A DNA stretch of 64,000 bases from Heptranchias perlo (taxonomy: Eukaryota). The stretch is taken from the NCBI RefSeq assembly GCF_035084215.1, contig NC_090334.1, forward strand, positions 23,002,001 through 23,066,000, read 5' to 3'. Under the pieces are notes generated by a model. It was not told the DNA's origin, made no database searches, and saw only the letters and a list, made by a program, of their open reading frames with translations. Each line of letters begins with the position of its first letter. The stretch's first letter is position 1. Shown piece by piece: positions 13,310 through 26,825 of the stretch. Both the position numbers and the translations under genes were made by a program.

Positions 13310-14649
13310 GGGAATGTAATGTCACCCAGTCCCTAACTGGACCACAAGTGATTAGCTGCTGATGCGCCAAATACCTAAACATTTTGCCCTCCACAAGAAA
13401 ATAAACACCAAGGATTGGATAAGTATTGTTGCTTCCCCCTCATCAGAGGGTCAGAGATCAACATGCACGAAAAGTAATGATTTTAAAGAACTACATTTTG
13501 GTGCCATTAGTGCAAAATCAGCCAGCAGCATGATATCGGTGGCAAGTCCAAATTATTCCATACACATGGGCACATTTTATCACTTCATTTTTGTTTTGAA
13601 AAGGGAAAGACACGCTCAAATTTGGACACTTGTGAATAAACCAGGAACAGACTAATTTCGATGACTTTAAACTCCCTAACTTTATTCTCGGCCCAAGCTG
13701 AGGCACATGCTCTGTTGGAAGAAGATCTGTTTGAACTGAATGTTTCAGCAAAAGATGTTACAGTTCTGAAATGTTCTGAGTGGTGGATTTTACAGCCAAC
13801 CATTGCTGAGTTTTGGAGAAACACAAATCATTTTAAAAGTTCAAAGCTGGCAGAGCACAAAATATTTAGTGTGTCGAATTACCGAGGGTCGTCCTCCTAG
13901 TTGTGGGTGGAATGGCACTTTAGGTGCATGCTGATCAGTTTTGAGGGAGAGAAAACTGCCAGGTATTCTCTCCGTGACCATAGGGATGCATCAACTTCCA
14001 CTATGGAAACAGTAAGACCTGGAATTAAAAGCCGATTGTAATTATTGAAAATAGCCACCTCAGTTGCTGAAAATAAGACTGTGACTTAAGCAATGCTTTA
14101 CTCTATCCTGCAAATGTCATGAAGAGTGGAAACTGGTGACCGCAGAAGATGCAGACTTTAAGTTATTCATATTGGGTAATTGCAGATAATTTGGCTGAAT
14201 TTGTTTTTAGCCACAAAGAAAACTACATTCCTGCAAGTATTGTATTGCACAGATTCTTATAATAGTAATTTTACATAAAATTTACTGCATACAAGCAGTT
14301 ACAGTTATATTTAATATATTTTTGGGGTTATTTGCTGTGTAGTTAATGTAACATGATTGAATGTTTTAAATCAGGATTTTTTTTAACTTACCACAAAAGG
14401 CTACTTTAGTATTTCAAATAAAAGACTTTTACCCTGTGTCTTAGTTTTCACAACAGGAGTTTTGTTTCTTCATATTTCATCTAAAAATAGGTCTTAAAAA
14501 TAGCACCACCCTGCCAACGCAACTTGGCATAGTTTATTGAAGTATTTTTTAAATCACCCATGCCATGTCATCCTCTTCAGTACTCTGGACCCAGCTAACA
14601 TATGCATATTAATGTAATATGTGGTTTAGATTGGATAGTTTGACATATT

Positions 14650-15862
14650 ATAGAATCATAGAATGATACAGCACAGGAGCAGGCCATTCAGTCCATCGTG
14701 CCTATGCTGCTGTTTGGTAGAGCTATCTAATTGGTCTCACTCCCCTGCTTTTTCCCTGTAGCTGTGTAAACTTTTCCCCTTTAAGTATTTATCTAATTCC
14801 CTTTTGTTACTATTGAATCTGCTTCCACCACCCTTTCAGACAGTGCATTCCAGATCACAACAGCTTGCTGCATTATAAAAAATGTCCTCACGTCGCCTCT
14901 GGCTCTTTTGCCAATCACCTTAAATCTGTGTCCTCTGGTTACCGACCCTTCTGCCACTGGAAACAGTTTCTCCTTATTTACTCTATTAAAACCCTTCATG
15001 ATTTTGAACACCTCTATCAAATCTTTCCTTAAACTTCTCTGTTCTAAGGAGAACAATCCCAGCTTCTCCGGTCTCTCCACATAACTGAAGTCCTTCATCC
15101 CTGGCACCATTCTAGTAAATCTCTTTTCCACCCTCTCTAAGGCCTTGACATCCTTCCTAAAGTGTGGTGCCCAGAATTGAACACAATGCTCCAGCTGCCT
15201 AACCAAAGTTTTATTAAGGTTTAGCATAACTTCCTTGCTTTTGAACTCTGACTCTATTAATAAAGCCCAGGATCCCATATGCTTTTTGAACAGCATTCTC
15301 AACCTGTCCTGCCACCTTCAAAGATTTGTGTACATATATCCCCAGGTCTCTCTGTTCCTGCAACCCCTTTAAAATTGTACCATTTAGTTTATATTGCCTC
15401 TGCTCATTCTTCCGACCAAAATATATCACTTCGCACTTCTCGGCATTAAATTTCATCTGCCATGTGTCTGCCCATTTTATCCAGTCTGTCTATGTCCTCC
15501 TGAAGTCTGTTACTATCCTGCTCACTGTTTACTACATTTCCAAGTTCCATGTCATCTGCAATCCTTGAAATTATGTCCTGTATAGCCAAGTCCAGGTCAT
15601 TAATATATATCAAAAAGACCAGTGGTCCCAATACCGACCCCTGTGGAACACCATTGTAATCCTCCCTCCAATCTGAAAAACAGCCGTTCACCACTACTCT
15701 CTGTCCCTTAACCAATTTTGTACCCATGCTGCCACTGTCTCTTTAATCCCATGGGCTTTAATTTTGCTAACAAGTCTATTATGTGGTCCTTTATCAAATG
15801 CTTTTTGAAAGTCCATATACACAACATCAACCGCACGACCCTCATCAACCCTCTCCGTTACT
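14650..15862 (-). mobile_element. CR1 LINE fragment
   Basis: VDVVYMDFQKAFDK, GVPQGSVLGP and LEHCVQFWAPHFRKD motifs; tail ttctatgattcta. Confidence 0.93.
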
Positions 15863-16136
15863 TCATAATCCTTATAAACTATTTGTTGCACTTGTAAACT
15901 TTCACAAGTCTGTTTTCTGATGTTAAGTCTGCTGACCTTATCTCTCCCTGGATAATTGGCAAAATGGACAGATATTGACATTATGTGAATAAGATTTCCT
16001 CAGTCAGATTAACATGGGTTGAATGATTTGAGTTGGATGATTTGGACTAGCAAAAGTAGATCAAAGTCCAGCTTTCTGTCTGAAATTAAATTTCTGCACA
16101 TTTTCTTGTAACCTGTAAAATAACCATTACACTGTA

Positions 16137-16922
16137 CATAGAAACATAGAAAATAGGAGCAGGAATAGGCCATTCGGCCCTTCGAGCCTGCTCCGCCATT
16201 CAATATGATCATGGCTGATCCTCTATATCAATACCATATTCCTGCTCTCTCCCCATACTCCTTGATGCTTTTTGTGTCTAGAAATCTATCGAGCTCCTTC
16301 TTAAATATATTCAGTGACTTGGCCTCCGCAGCCTTCTGTGGTAGAGAATTCCACAGGTTCACCACCCTCTGAGTGAAGAAATTTCTCCTCATCTCAGTCC
16401 TAAATGTCCTACTCCATATCCTGAGACTGTGACCCCTCGTTCTGGACCCCCCAGCTAGGGGAAACATCCTCCCTGCATCCAGTCTGTCTAGCCCTGTCAG
16501 AATTTTATATGTTTCAATGAGATCCCCTCTCATTCTTCTAAAGTCGAGTGAATACAGGCCGAGTCGACCCAATCTCTCCTCATATGACAGTTCTGCCATC
16601 CCAGGGATCAGTCTGGTGAACCTTCGCTGCACTCCCTCTATGGCAAGTATATCCTTTCTTAGGTAAGGAGACCCAAACTGCACACAGTACTCCAGGTGTG
16701 GTCTCACCAAGGCCCTGTATAACTGTAGTAAGACATCCTTGCTCCTGTACTCAAATCCACTTGCAATGAAGACCAACATACCATTTGCCTTCCTAACTGC
16801 TTGCTGCACCTGCATGTTTGCTTTCAGTGACTGGTGTACAAGGACACCCAGGTCCCTTTGTACATCAACATTCCCCAATCTATCACCATTTAAATAATAT
16901 TCTGCCTTTCTGTTTTTCCTGT
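16137..16922 (-). mobile_element. Young CR1 3' fragment with open ORF2 C-terminus
   Basis: Uninterrupted frame including LYRALVRPHLEYCVQFGSPYLRKD, plus tail. Confidence 0.94.
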
Positions 16923-18309
16923 ATGGTAAGGATAAATTTGTGTAATGATCAGCTAAGCTCAATGGGTTTAAATTGTCAAGTTTTGCCACGGGGCCCTGCT
17001 GGGGCAGCATTTTTATTGTGAGTTTGCCTGAGCTGTTTGTATTCTCTCTCTGGTTGTTGATGCTTGAGGAATTTTAAGACATACTTTCTGAGAACCACTT
17101 GGTGGGAGCTGTGTCCCCTTTGTATCGGATTAACTTTGAAAAGCCTGACAGTGGGAGGTTTAGTCAGTGGGAGCACGGCTTTCCAAACAAGCTGTCACTC
17201 TGACGCTTCATTACCAGGCCAATAGGCATGGAAAAGAAGACTGTAACAGAGTTCCAGTTGGACTGTAATTTAATTAATACAGGGACTGTCATCCTCTCCT
17301 TAGATATCTTCTTTATCCTGAACTCTATTGACATATAACATTGGATACTCCTGGAGCTCTCATACCTATTTGATAAGAATCATCACCAGAGACAATCTGT
17401 GCATTTGATGAGTTTTTCTCCCACTGAGAAAATCACAGCATTTCAACCCTGATTAACCTTTTTATTTCTCATTTTCCAGCACTCGCTCGTGTCTTGCTGC
17501 TACTGGAGCCACCTATTCAGCCTTTCCCTCCCTTTTCTTGCAGAGCTGCATCAATCTTGTCTTAAATTCTCGACATAGCCATTTATCTAATCAAATTACT
17601 CCTGTTGCCGGGTCTCTGTAGACACCGGCCTTGGCCCCTGTGCACAGACCTGCTCTAGAAACTGCCACAAAATTAATTGCTATATCTTTTGTCTGTAACC
17701 TTAAAGCGAGCAAAGAAGGTCACTGGAGTTGTTAAGAAAAGACAGAACCAATATTTTTAATCCCTTCAAATACAGCAGTGAAATGTACTTGGTCCAAAGA
17801 ATTATGAGCCACTTCAAAAAAAATGTTTTTATTAAATTGCCCTGTAGCTTTGCCACAGCAACAATTTGAAGATATTTCCAGCCATATTACGTGGTGTTTA
17901 GGGGTGAGTTGTACGATTAATACTGATGTGAATCGGGCCTGCTGTAGCCGCAGCCAGATACAGGATAGATGAAGGAGGGCCCTGATACCCGTAACCTGGG
18001 TTACTGACGACTTTGAATGCGACATGAGATTTATAAGGTCAGTGTAAAAATGTCAGAAGGGTGACGGATCCTTGTGAACGTACAGTGGTCTCCCGAGATG
18101 CAGTGACTGAGCTAGCTGTGAGCCATTTCACGCATTTGCTCTATTTTTATCACATTCGTGCAATTGTTTATCATCGTAATTTGTTGTCACTTGCAGTCCT
18201 GCTTCTGTTGCTGGATGAAATACAGACTGTGAACACAAAGTCCAGCAAACTCTGATGATACGTATTCACATCACGGGTTGGGGTGCAATAAATAGAATAA
18301 TCTATAAAA

Positions 18310-18468
18310 GCAGCTTTCAAAAGGGAATTCCATATATACTTGAAAAGGAAATGTTTTTAGGGCTATGGGGAAACAGTGGGGGAGTGGGACTAACTGGTTA
18401 GCTCTTTCCAAGAGCCGGCACAGGCACAATGGGCCGAATGGTCTCCTTCTGTGCTGTATGATTCTATG
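18310..18468 (+). mobile_element. CR1 3' tail
   Basis: gagccggcacaggcacaatgggccgaatggtctccttctgtgctgtatgattctatga. Confidence 0.85.
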
Positions 18469-18543
18469 AGTAAGAGTGGGGATAAACTGCACTTTATTAA
18501 CACCTCTGTGTCAGCCAATGAGTTGGGAGTGGGGCAGGATCTA

Positions 18544-20220
18544 TCATAGAATCACAGAAAGGTTACAGCACGGAAGGAGGCCCATCGAGTCTGTGCCGGC
18601 TCTATGCAAGAGCAATCCAGCTAGTCCCACTCCCAGGCCCTATCCCCGTAGCCTGCAAATGTTTTCTTTTCAAGTACTTATCCAGTTCCCTTTTGAAGGC
18701 CACGATTGAATCTGCCTCCACCACCTCCTCAGGCAGTGCATTCCAGATCATAACCACTTGCTGTGTAAAAAAAAAGTTTTTCCTCATGTCGCCTTTAGTT
18801 CTTTTGCCAATCACCTTAAATCTATGTCCTTTGGTTCTTGATCCTTCTGCCAATGGGAACAGTTTCTCTCTATCTACTCTGTCCAGACCCTTCATGATTT
18901 TGAATACCTCCATCAAATCTCCTCTCGATCTTCTCTGTTCCAAGGAGAACAACCCCAGCTTCTCCAGTCTATCTACGTAACTAATGTCCCTCATCCCTGG
19001 AATCATTCCAGTAAATCTCTTCTGCACCCTCTCGAAGGCCTTCACATCTTTCCAAAAGTGCAGTGCTCAGAACTGGACACAATACTCCAGATGTGGCCGA
19101 ACCAGTGTTTTATAAAGGTTCATCATGACTTCCTTGCTTTTGTACTCTATGCCTCTATTTATAAAGCCCAGGATCCTGTATGCTTTTTTAACTGCTTTCT
19201 CAACCTGCCCTGCCACCTTCAACGATTCGTGTACATATACCCCCAGATCTCTCTGTTCCTGTACCCCTTTTAGAATTGTGTCCTTTTCTTTTATCTTGCC
19301 TCTCCTCATTCTTCCTACAGAAATGTATCACCTCACATTTTTCTGCATTATATTTCATCTGCCATGTATCCGCCCATGCCACCAGCCTGTTTATATCCTC
19401 TTGAAGTCTATCACTGTCCTCCTCATTGGTCACTACACTTCCAAGTTTTGTGTCATCTGCAAATTTGGAAATTGTGCCATCTGCAAATTTGGAAATTGTG
19501 CCCAAGTCCAAGTCATTAATATATATCAAGAAAAGTAGTGGTCCCAGCACCGACCCCTGGGGAACACCACTGTACACCTTCCTGCAGTCCGAAAAACAAC
19601 TGTTCACCACTACTCTCTGCTTCCTTTTACTCAGCCAATTTTGTATCCATGTTGCTACTGCCCCTTTTATTCCATGGGCTTCAGACTTAATGACAAGCCT
19701 ATTATGTGGCACTTTATCAAACGCCTTTTGAAAGTCCATATACAGCACATCAACTGCATTGCCCTCATCTACCCTCTCCATTACCCCATCAAAAAATTCT
19801 ATCAAGTTAGTGAAACACGATATGCCTTTAACAAATCCATGCTGGCTTTCTCTAATCAATCCACATTTGCCCAAGCGACTGTTAATTTTGTCCCAGATTA
19901 TCGTTTCTAAAAGTTTCCCCACCACCGAGGTTAAATTGACTGGCCTGTAGTTGCTGGGTTTATCCTTACACCTTTTTTTGAACAAGGATGTAATATTTGC
20001 AATTCTCCAGTCCTCTGTCACCACACCCATATCAAAGGATGTTTGGAAGATTATGGCCAGTACTTCTGCAATTTCCACCCTTACTTCCATCAGCAACCTA
20101 GGATACATCCCATCCGGACCGGGTGACTTATCTACTTTAAGTGCAGCTAGTCCCTCTTTTTTATCAATTTTTAGCCCATCCAGTATCTCAACTACATCTT
20201 CCTTTACTGAGACTCTGGCA
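18544..20220 (-). mobile_element. CR1 LINE, 1.7-kb RT fragment
   Basis: 302-aa frame with NYRPVNLTSVVGK, MDFQKAFDKVPH, GVPQGSVLGP and FADDTKLG. Confidence 0.95.
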
Positions 20221-20340
20221 GGACTTACAGCAAACAGTCTATTTTACAGCAAACAATGTCTATTTATTCAGCAAACAGCGTCTATTTAGAAGTGTCTCTA
20301 CAAACTACAGCAAACAGAGCTCACGTCCGAAATGAAAAAG

Positions 20341-20972
20341 TTGGCCTTCATTGCAAGAGGATTTGAGTACAGGAGCAAGGATGTCTTACTGCAGTTATAC
20401 CGGGCCTTGGTGAGACCACACATGGAGTATTGTGTGCAGTTTTGGTCTCCTTACCTAAGAAAGGATATATTTGCTATAGAGGAAGTGCAGCGAAGGTTCA
20501 CCAGACTGATTCCTGGGATGGCAGGACTGTCGTATGAGGAGAGATTGGGTCGACTCAGCCTGTATTCACTAGAGTTTAGAAGAATGAGAGGGGATCTCAT
20601 TGAAACATATACAATTCTGACAGGGCTAGACAAACTGGATGCAGGGAGGATGTTTCTCCTGGCTGGGGGTTCTAGAACGAGGGGTCACAGTCTCAGGATA
20701 CGGGGTAGGACATTTAGGACTGAGATGAGGAAAATTTTCTTCACTCAGAGGGTGGTGAACCTGTGGAATTCTCTACCACAGAAGGCTGTGGAGGCCAAGT
20801 TACTAAATATATTTAAGAAGGGGATAGATAGACTTCTAGACACTGAAGGCATCAAGGGGTATAGGGTGAGAGCGGGAATATGGTATTGAGATAGAGGATC
20901 AGCCATGATCATATTGAATGGCGGAGCAGGCTCGAATGGCTTATTCCTGCCCCTATTTTCTGTGTTTCTACG
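20341..20972 (+). mobile_element. Young CR1 3' fragment, same subfamily as 16137-16922
   Basis: 185-aa frame nearly identical to that of the 16228-17010 ORF. Confidence 0.94.
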
Positions 20973-22309
20973 AAAATACAGCAAAGTCTCCCAATAAAAG
21001 TAGTGTTATTTCTCCAGCAAAATGCAGTGAGTGAGGATAGTTACATAATACAAATTATGTGCATAAAATCAATCCCAGTCACTTACAGCAGTGCGGGCTC
21101 CAGGCGTGATTGACGGGTGACTGACCAATCATCTCCATTCTGGCCGGGTATAGTGCTGTCACTATATGCAGACTTTACTAATGGGCATCACTAAGTAACA
21201 AACAGTAATGCTGAGAGTTTCAAAGGAAACTGGAGTGTTTTACCTTCAGCAGAGAGCTGAGATGTAACTGGTGGGAGTCTGCTGCCCCAAGTCGTTGGAC
21301 CCCTCCCAGTAAATAAACAAAGGGCAGCATCAGCATGTAACATGACTTCCAGTGGATTCTGGGCTTTGTGTTGAGAGTTATTTTGCTGGAGCTGACACAA
21401 CATTGCTGCACCACTGTTTAGGTGGATTTTGGTGGAGGTGCTATAGTTGAATCCAGAAGAGATTTGCCTGTTCCTCATTCATGAATTTACTCTGCTAGAG
21501 GCCACTCCCTGGACTGGTATCTCTGCACAGTGACGCAGATCAGATGTTCACACTGTGAGGAATTGTAAGTAAGGAGCTGCACCCTTCTACTCTGAGTCAC
21601 ACGGTGTCTGAGTGGATAACACATCTACCCATTAAAAAGTAATTTATGGCAACACCCTAAGAATTCCACCAGTTTTAAAAGATACTGTCCCTTTAAATTT
21701 GGTGACTATTGAAGATCATGTCTAAAATATGGGAAAACGCAGCATAAATAAAAATTCTACCTGTACATGTTACAGTGGAAAGCATGTTTATTCTTCATTC
21801 ACCATGTGGAAGCTAGTCACTTAAAAACATCTACTCTATGTGCAGATTTTATTTCAAAGGATTAAATCCCAAAAAGGAGCAAGTTATTTTTATGAATAAG
21901 TGTTTTCTCAACTCTTCAAATGCACAGCCTCTTGGGGGAGAACGTCTGACCAGGCACATGCGCAGCCTAAGTCGCGTATCCTAACTGCGATCTAACAAAT
22001 TTCCCTCTCACTTCAAAAGTAACTTACTGTGATGAGGTTTATAAGTTTAGCCACTGAAACTTGGATAAATTGCTTCCAAGCCGCTTCCTTTTCATCAGTT
22101 CTGCAAATTGGATCGAATAATAGCATTGAAAACTCTTGATGGAATCAGTATATTTTTATTTGCCTGCTGAGCTTGATGTTGACAGAGCAACTCGAAGTGG
22201 AAAACATCATTGTCTTTCTCTTTGTGAGAGGAAGGGTTGAAAGAGAAGCAGCAAGTACAAATATGGTCATACCTCAGATGATGCTCTCCAGCATGCTCAC
22301 CATTATCAG

Positions 22310-22481
22310 ATGTAAGGAATCTTACAACACCAGGTTATAGTCCAACTGTTTTATTTGAAAATCACAAGCTTTCGGAGGCTTTCTCCTTCGTCAGGTGAGC
22401 GAGTGTGAAAAACAGTTGGACTATAACCTGGTGTTAAGATTCCTTACATTTGTCAACCCCAGTCCATCACCGGCATCTCCA
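22310..22481. mobile_element. Penelope-like element terminal remnant (inverted pLTR plus tail) with 12-bp TSD caccattatcag (22298-22309 and 22482-22493)
   Basis: Inverted arms atgtaaggaatct...ccaactgtttt and aaaacagttgg...gattccttacat, a hammerhead motif between them, and a direct repeat on both flanks. Confidence 0.85.
22362..22398 (-). ncRNA. Minimal type I hammerhead ribozyme (Penelope-type)
   Basis: Minus strand reads tcac CTGACGA a ggag aaagc ctcc GAAA gc tt gtga: stem I tcac/gtga, stem II ggag/ctcc, palindromic AAGCTT in place of stem III. Confidence 0.82.
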
Positions 22482-23300
22482 CACCATTATCAGGGAAGAC
22501 CTGAGTTGAACCACTTTGTGTCAGACCTGTGAAGAAAGAAGCTCAGCTGAGATTAAGGATGTCCCTTGTGCATTTTTGCACCTCACCATTTTGCACGCCA
22601 TAATTTAAGCTTTTTGGACTCCTTTTAGATTCCTCCACACAATGCAACATTGCCTGGCTGAGAGGGCAGGAAGGTGACGTACTCACATCTATCTGTCCAC
22701 GTCACTTTGAGCAGGTTGATTTAGTATGCAACAAAGTGGTTAGGGAAGGGAAGGGAGTGTTGGAAACCTTCTTTTCTTGCCTCTGGAGAATTACTTAGCC
22801 TCATTTAGGAGCTGCCCTAACACTGTGGTCCAGATAGGAACTTACGGTGAAGGGAATTGGAGGTGTGAACCTACATCCCAGCTCTCTCTGGCACAGCATA
22901 ATGGGGCCAGTGGCAATGTGCTGCCAGCTCTTCACAGTCCTACGCAAAGTCAATATGCCATTAGGCAGAATGGAGGAATGGTGACATGTTTTATACGCAT
23001 CATTGAGAAAAAAAACACCAATACAACCTGTTAGGAAAAGCTGACTGCTCTTATAATTTAACTGTGTCTTGTTCAGAGGGACCAATTCTACCTTAAGGTT
23101 CAACAGTTACACCATATATTGCAATTAGATCCTCAGGAATTTTCAGTCCATAAAAGAATCATAGAAAAGCTCGCAATCCATGGTTGTTTCACTATGCAAT
23201 CGCACTCCAGAGTTACTCATTGAAGTTGGTTGTAGCTAGAGAAAGAGAGGGCACATTTGATCGATGAAATAATATTCTTACAGGCTAAAGAAGACCAGAT

Positions 23301-23808
23301 CAACAACAACAAATTGCATTTATATAGTTCCTTTACGTCCCAAAGCGCTTCACAGACAAAATTTGACACCGAGTCACATAGAAATATTAATACAGATAAC
23401 CAAGAGCTTGGTCAAAAAGGTAGGTTTTAAGGAATGGCTTAAAGGAGGAGAGAGAGGTAGAGGGGCGAAGAGTTAAGGGAGGGAATTCCAGAACTTAGGG
23501 CCTAGGCAGCTGAAGGCACGGCCGCCAATGAAGGAGCGATGAAAATCGGGGATGCGCAAGAGGCCAGAATTGAAGAGGCGCAGAGATCTTGGAGGGTTTT
23601 AGGGCTGGTGTAGGTTACAGAGGTAGGGAGGGGTGAGTCCACGAAGGGATTTGAACACAAGGATGAGAATTTTAAAATCGAGGTGTTGTCGGACCAGGAG
23701 CCAATGTAGGTCAGCGAGCACGGGGTGATTGGAGAATGGGACTTGGTGCGAGTTAGGATATGGGGAGCAGAGTTTTGGATGAGCTCAAATTTACGGAGGG
23801 TGGAAGGA
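23301..23808 (-). mobile_element. L2-type LINE 3' fragment
   Basis: Reverse complement of the 8262 family, with (aac)n end and upstream coding remnant. Confidence 0.82.
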
Positions 23809-24624
23809 GTATTAAATGAATTCTAATGAGAACTATTTTAAGGCATTTCTCATTTTTTAAACAAAGAGTAGATAACTATTTTAATTTTACAAAGAGGGAA
23901 ATCACACATACCATTTTCATTGCATTGCATCTTGAATTACATCAACCTTACACCTTCAGAATAAAACTAAAGGCTGTTACCTATGAAACTGTCTCCACTT
24001 TATCTTCAGGACTAGGTTCTGTTTCATGGTGTAATATAATCTGTCTGCTATCACATGCCCTTCTCGGGTCATGGGAGAGGAAACAGTGATGCTGGTCAGG
24101 GAAACTTGAACATTGATTTGTACAGCAATCAGAAAAACAAAATTTTCATTACGTGTGACTAAATGTGTTGTCTCGTTGAGTTGATTGATAAAATAAAACA
24201 GAATATGGCCTGAGTTTGGGGTGGCCATTCATTCTGATCCCTGGCACATACTCCCTTGACACAGAATATCCTCTATCAATCAATATGACAGCTTGTTGTT
24301 GAGTGAGAACAAATACCACCAGAGACGAGGACAGTTCAGGTTGTGCTCTGATAAAGAGTAACAGAGAATTGGAATTACTGACAACTACTGCTACGATCGC
24401 TGGGGATAGAACAGAGTCTTTACAAAAATTTACAAACCTAACTCTAAATCCCAAAGCTTGTAGTACATGATCTACTTGTTCTTGATGAAAGAAGAATGTT
24501 TAAGTAAAACTACCACTTGGATCCATACATCATAGGGTTGAAAGACTGCCTGATAACTTCCAAGGTGATTAAATTAGACAAGTGAAGGCAGCAACTTGGA
24601 AAGAATACTACAGTTTCTGTTTCT

Positions 24625-25660
24625 AAGAACATAAGAAATAGGAGCAGGAATAAGCCATATGACCCCTCGAGCCTGCTCCGCCATTCAATAAGATCATGGC
24701 TGATCTTCGACCTCAACTCCACTTTCCCGCCCGATCCCTATATCCCTTCATTCCCTTAGAGTCCAAAAACCTATCAATCTCAGCCTTGAATATACTTAAT
24801 GACTGAGCATCCACAGCCCTCTGGGGTAGAGAATTCCAAAGATTCACAACCCTCTGAGTGAAGAAATTTCTCCTCATCTCAGTTCTAAATGGCCGACTCT
24901 TTATCCTGAGACTGTGCCCCCTAGTTCTAGACTCTCCAGCCAGGGGAAACATCCTCTCAGGATCTATGCTGTCAAACCCTCTCAGAATCTTCTATGTTTC
25001 AATGAGATCACCTCTCATTCTTCTAAACTCCAGAGAGTATAGGCCCATTCTACTCAATCTCTCCTCATAGGACTCATCTCAGGAATCAATCTCATCTCAT
25101 CCTAGGAATTAATCTAGTGAACCTTTGTTGCACCGCCTCTAAGGCAAGTATATCCTTCCTTGGGTAAAGAGACCAAGACTGTACACAGGATTCCAGGTGT
25201 GGTCTCACCAAAGCCCTGTACAATTGCAGCAAGACTTCCTTACTCTTGTACTCCAACCCCCTTGCAATAAAGGCCAACATACCATTTACCTTCCTAATTG
25301 CTTGCTGTACCTGCATAATCACTTTCTCTGTTTCGTATACAAAGACACCCAAATCCCTCTGAACGCCAACATGTAACAGTTTCTCACCATTTAAAAACTA
25401 TTTTGTTTTTCTATTCTTCCTACCAAGGTGAATAACCTCACAGTTCCCCACATTATACTCCATCTGCCACCTTCTTGCCCACTCACTTAACCTGTCTATA
25501 TCCCTTTGCAGACACTTTGGTGTCCTCCTCACAGCTTACTTTTCCACCTAGCTTTGTATCATCAGCAAATTTGGATACATTACACTCAGTCCCTTCATCT
25601 AAGTCATTAATATAGATTGTAAATAGCTGAGGCCCAAGCATCGATCCTTGTGGCACCCCT
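24625..25660 (-). mobile_element. CR1 LINE fragment
   Basis: [32 protein letters not shown] and LVRPHLESCVQ motifs, plus tail. Confidence 0.93.
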
Positions 25661-26825
25661 TCTGAGGGAGACAGGCCCATCTATGGCTACAGCTGTGAGC
25701 ATCATTGCCCTCATTTATAAAATACTACTGTAAGGACAATACTGAAGGTGTTAGATAATCTCGATTTTCAAGATCTTCAGTATAGACTCAATTGAGAGCA
25801 GATACCAGTGTCTCACTGAGCTGCTTTGGTGAGAAGGGGAGCCCAAAAGACTTGGAAAGTTTTCGGTTCCGTACTTGGGCATTCTGAAAGGGCTTTCAGT
25901 CCTCCTGCAGTGGGAAAAGTACAGCTGAATAGGTTTGTCCATAAAACATTTTGAAAGCTTTTTTAATGGTCTTTCAATCCCCCAGTAACAGTCCTGCTGC
26001 TATGTCTTCTAATAGCGGAAACAGAGTTGTAAACATAATTAAATATCGGTGCACCAGATCTGCCAGCCTTGTCCACACGATGAAAGAACTGGGCCCAAAT
26101 ACTGATTAATTGATATTATTCTGATCTAGGTGCATTTAGCTTTTGTACTTGTTGAAACATGTCAAAAACCTCCAGCTGAGGGCTGGGTCAGTGAGATGAT
26201 GATGTGTTCTGGCTTGTTGGTTTTCTCTCTGTCTTTGACATTCGGATATGAGATATAGGTTGTAATCCATTCTCCAGGGTAGATTTATGTAACACCCCAA
26301 AGAACTACTGGGCTTTCCAGCAGCAGTCAAAATAGGCAACCGGAAAGCTTGAAGGAGAAGATTCTGAAAGCAACCCAAGAGCAGTCAAAACACCATGTGG
26401 TCCACACAGACATGCAAGTGAAAGTGTAGAGGAAGAAGACCAGTGTTCGCAAGTTTGTACTATTTTTGTTTTTCTTTGTTTATTTTCCACTTTGCTTCCC
26501 TCCTCTCCGGAAGGTACTGGGTTATGGTTTCATGGTTCTGGCCTCCGAGGCCTCACGCAAGTGACCATTCTTCTAAGCCAAGACACTAAGTGTTCACAGA
26601 CTGTCAGGACATCAGAGCTGAACCTGATTCTGACTCAGCCAGTGTCTGCAGACACTTTTTCCAGCAGAGGTCATGAGATAGTGATTAGGAGCAAGAACCC
26701 AAATTTTTTTTTTTTCCTTTCTCTTCCTCCAACTCACAGACGACAGCCACCGAGAGCAATATTAGTGCCCCACCATTACCCCTTCTGAGATCTTATGATA
26801 AATGTCAGGTTCATAATTCAGTAGA

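Noticed and set aside
13362-13900. Cluster of short ORFs in non-repeat DNA
   Set aside because: No recognisable domain, and the lengths are compatible with chance.
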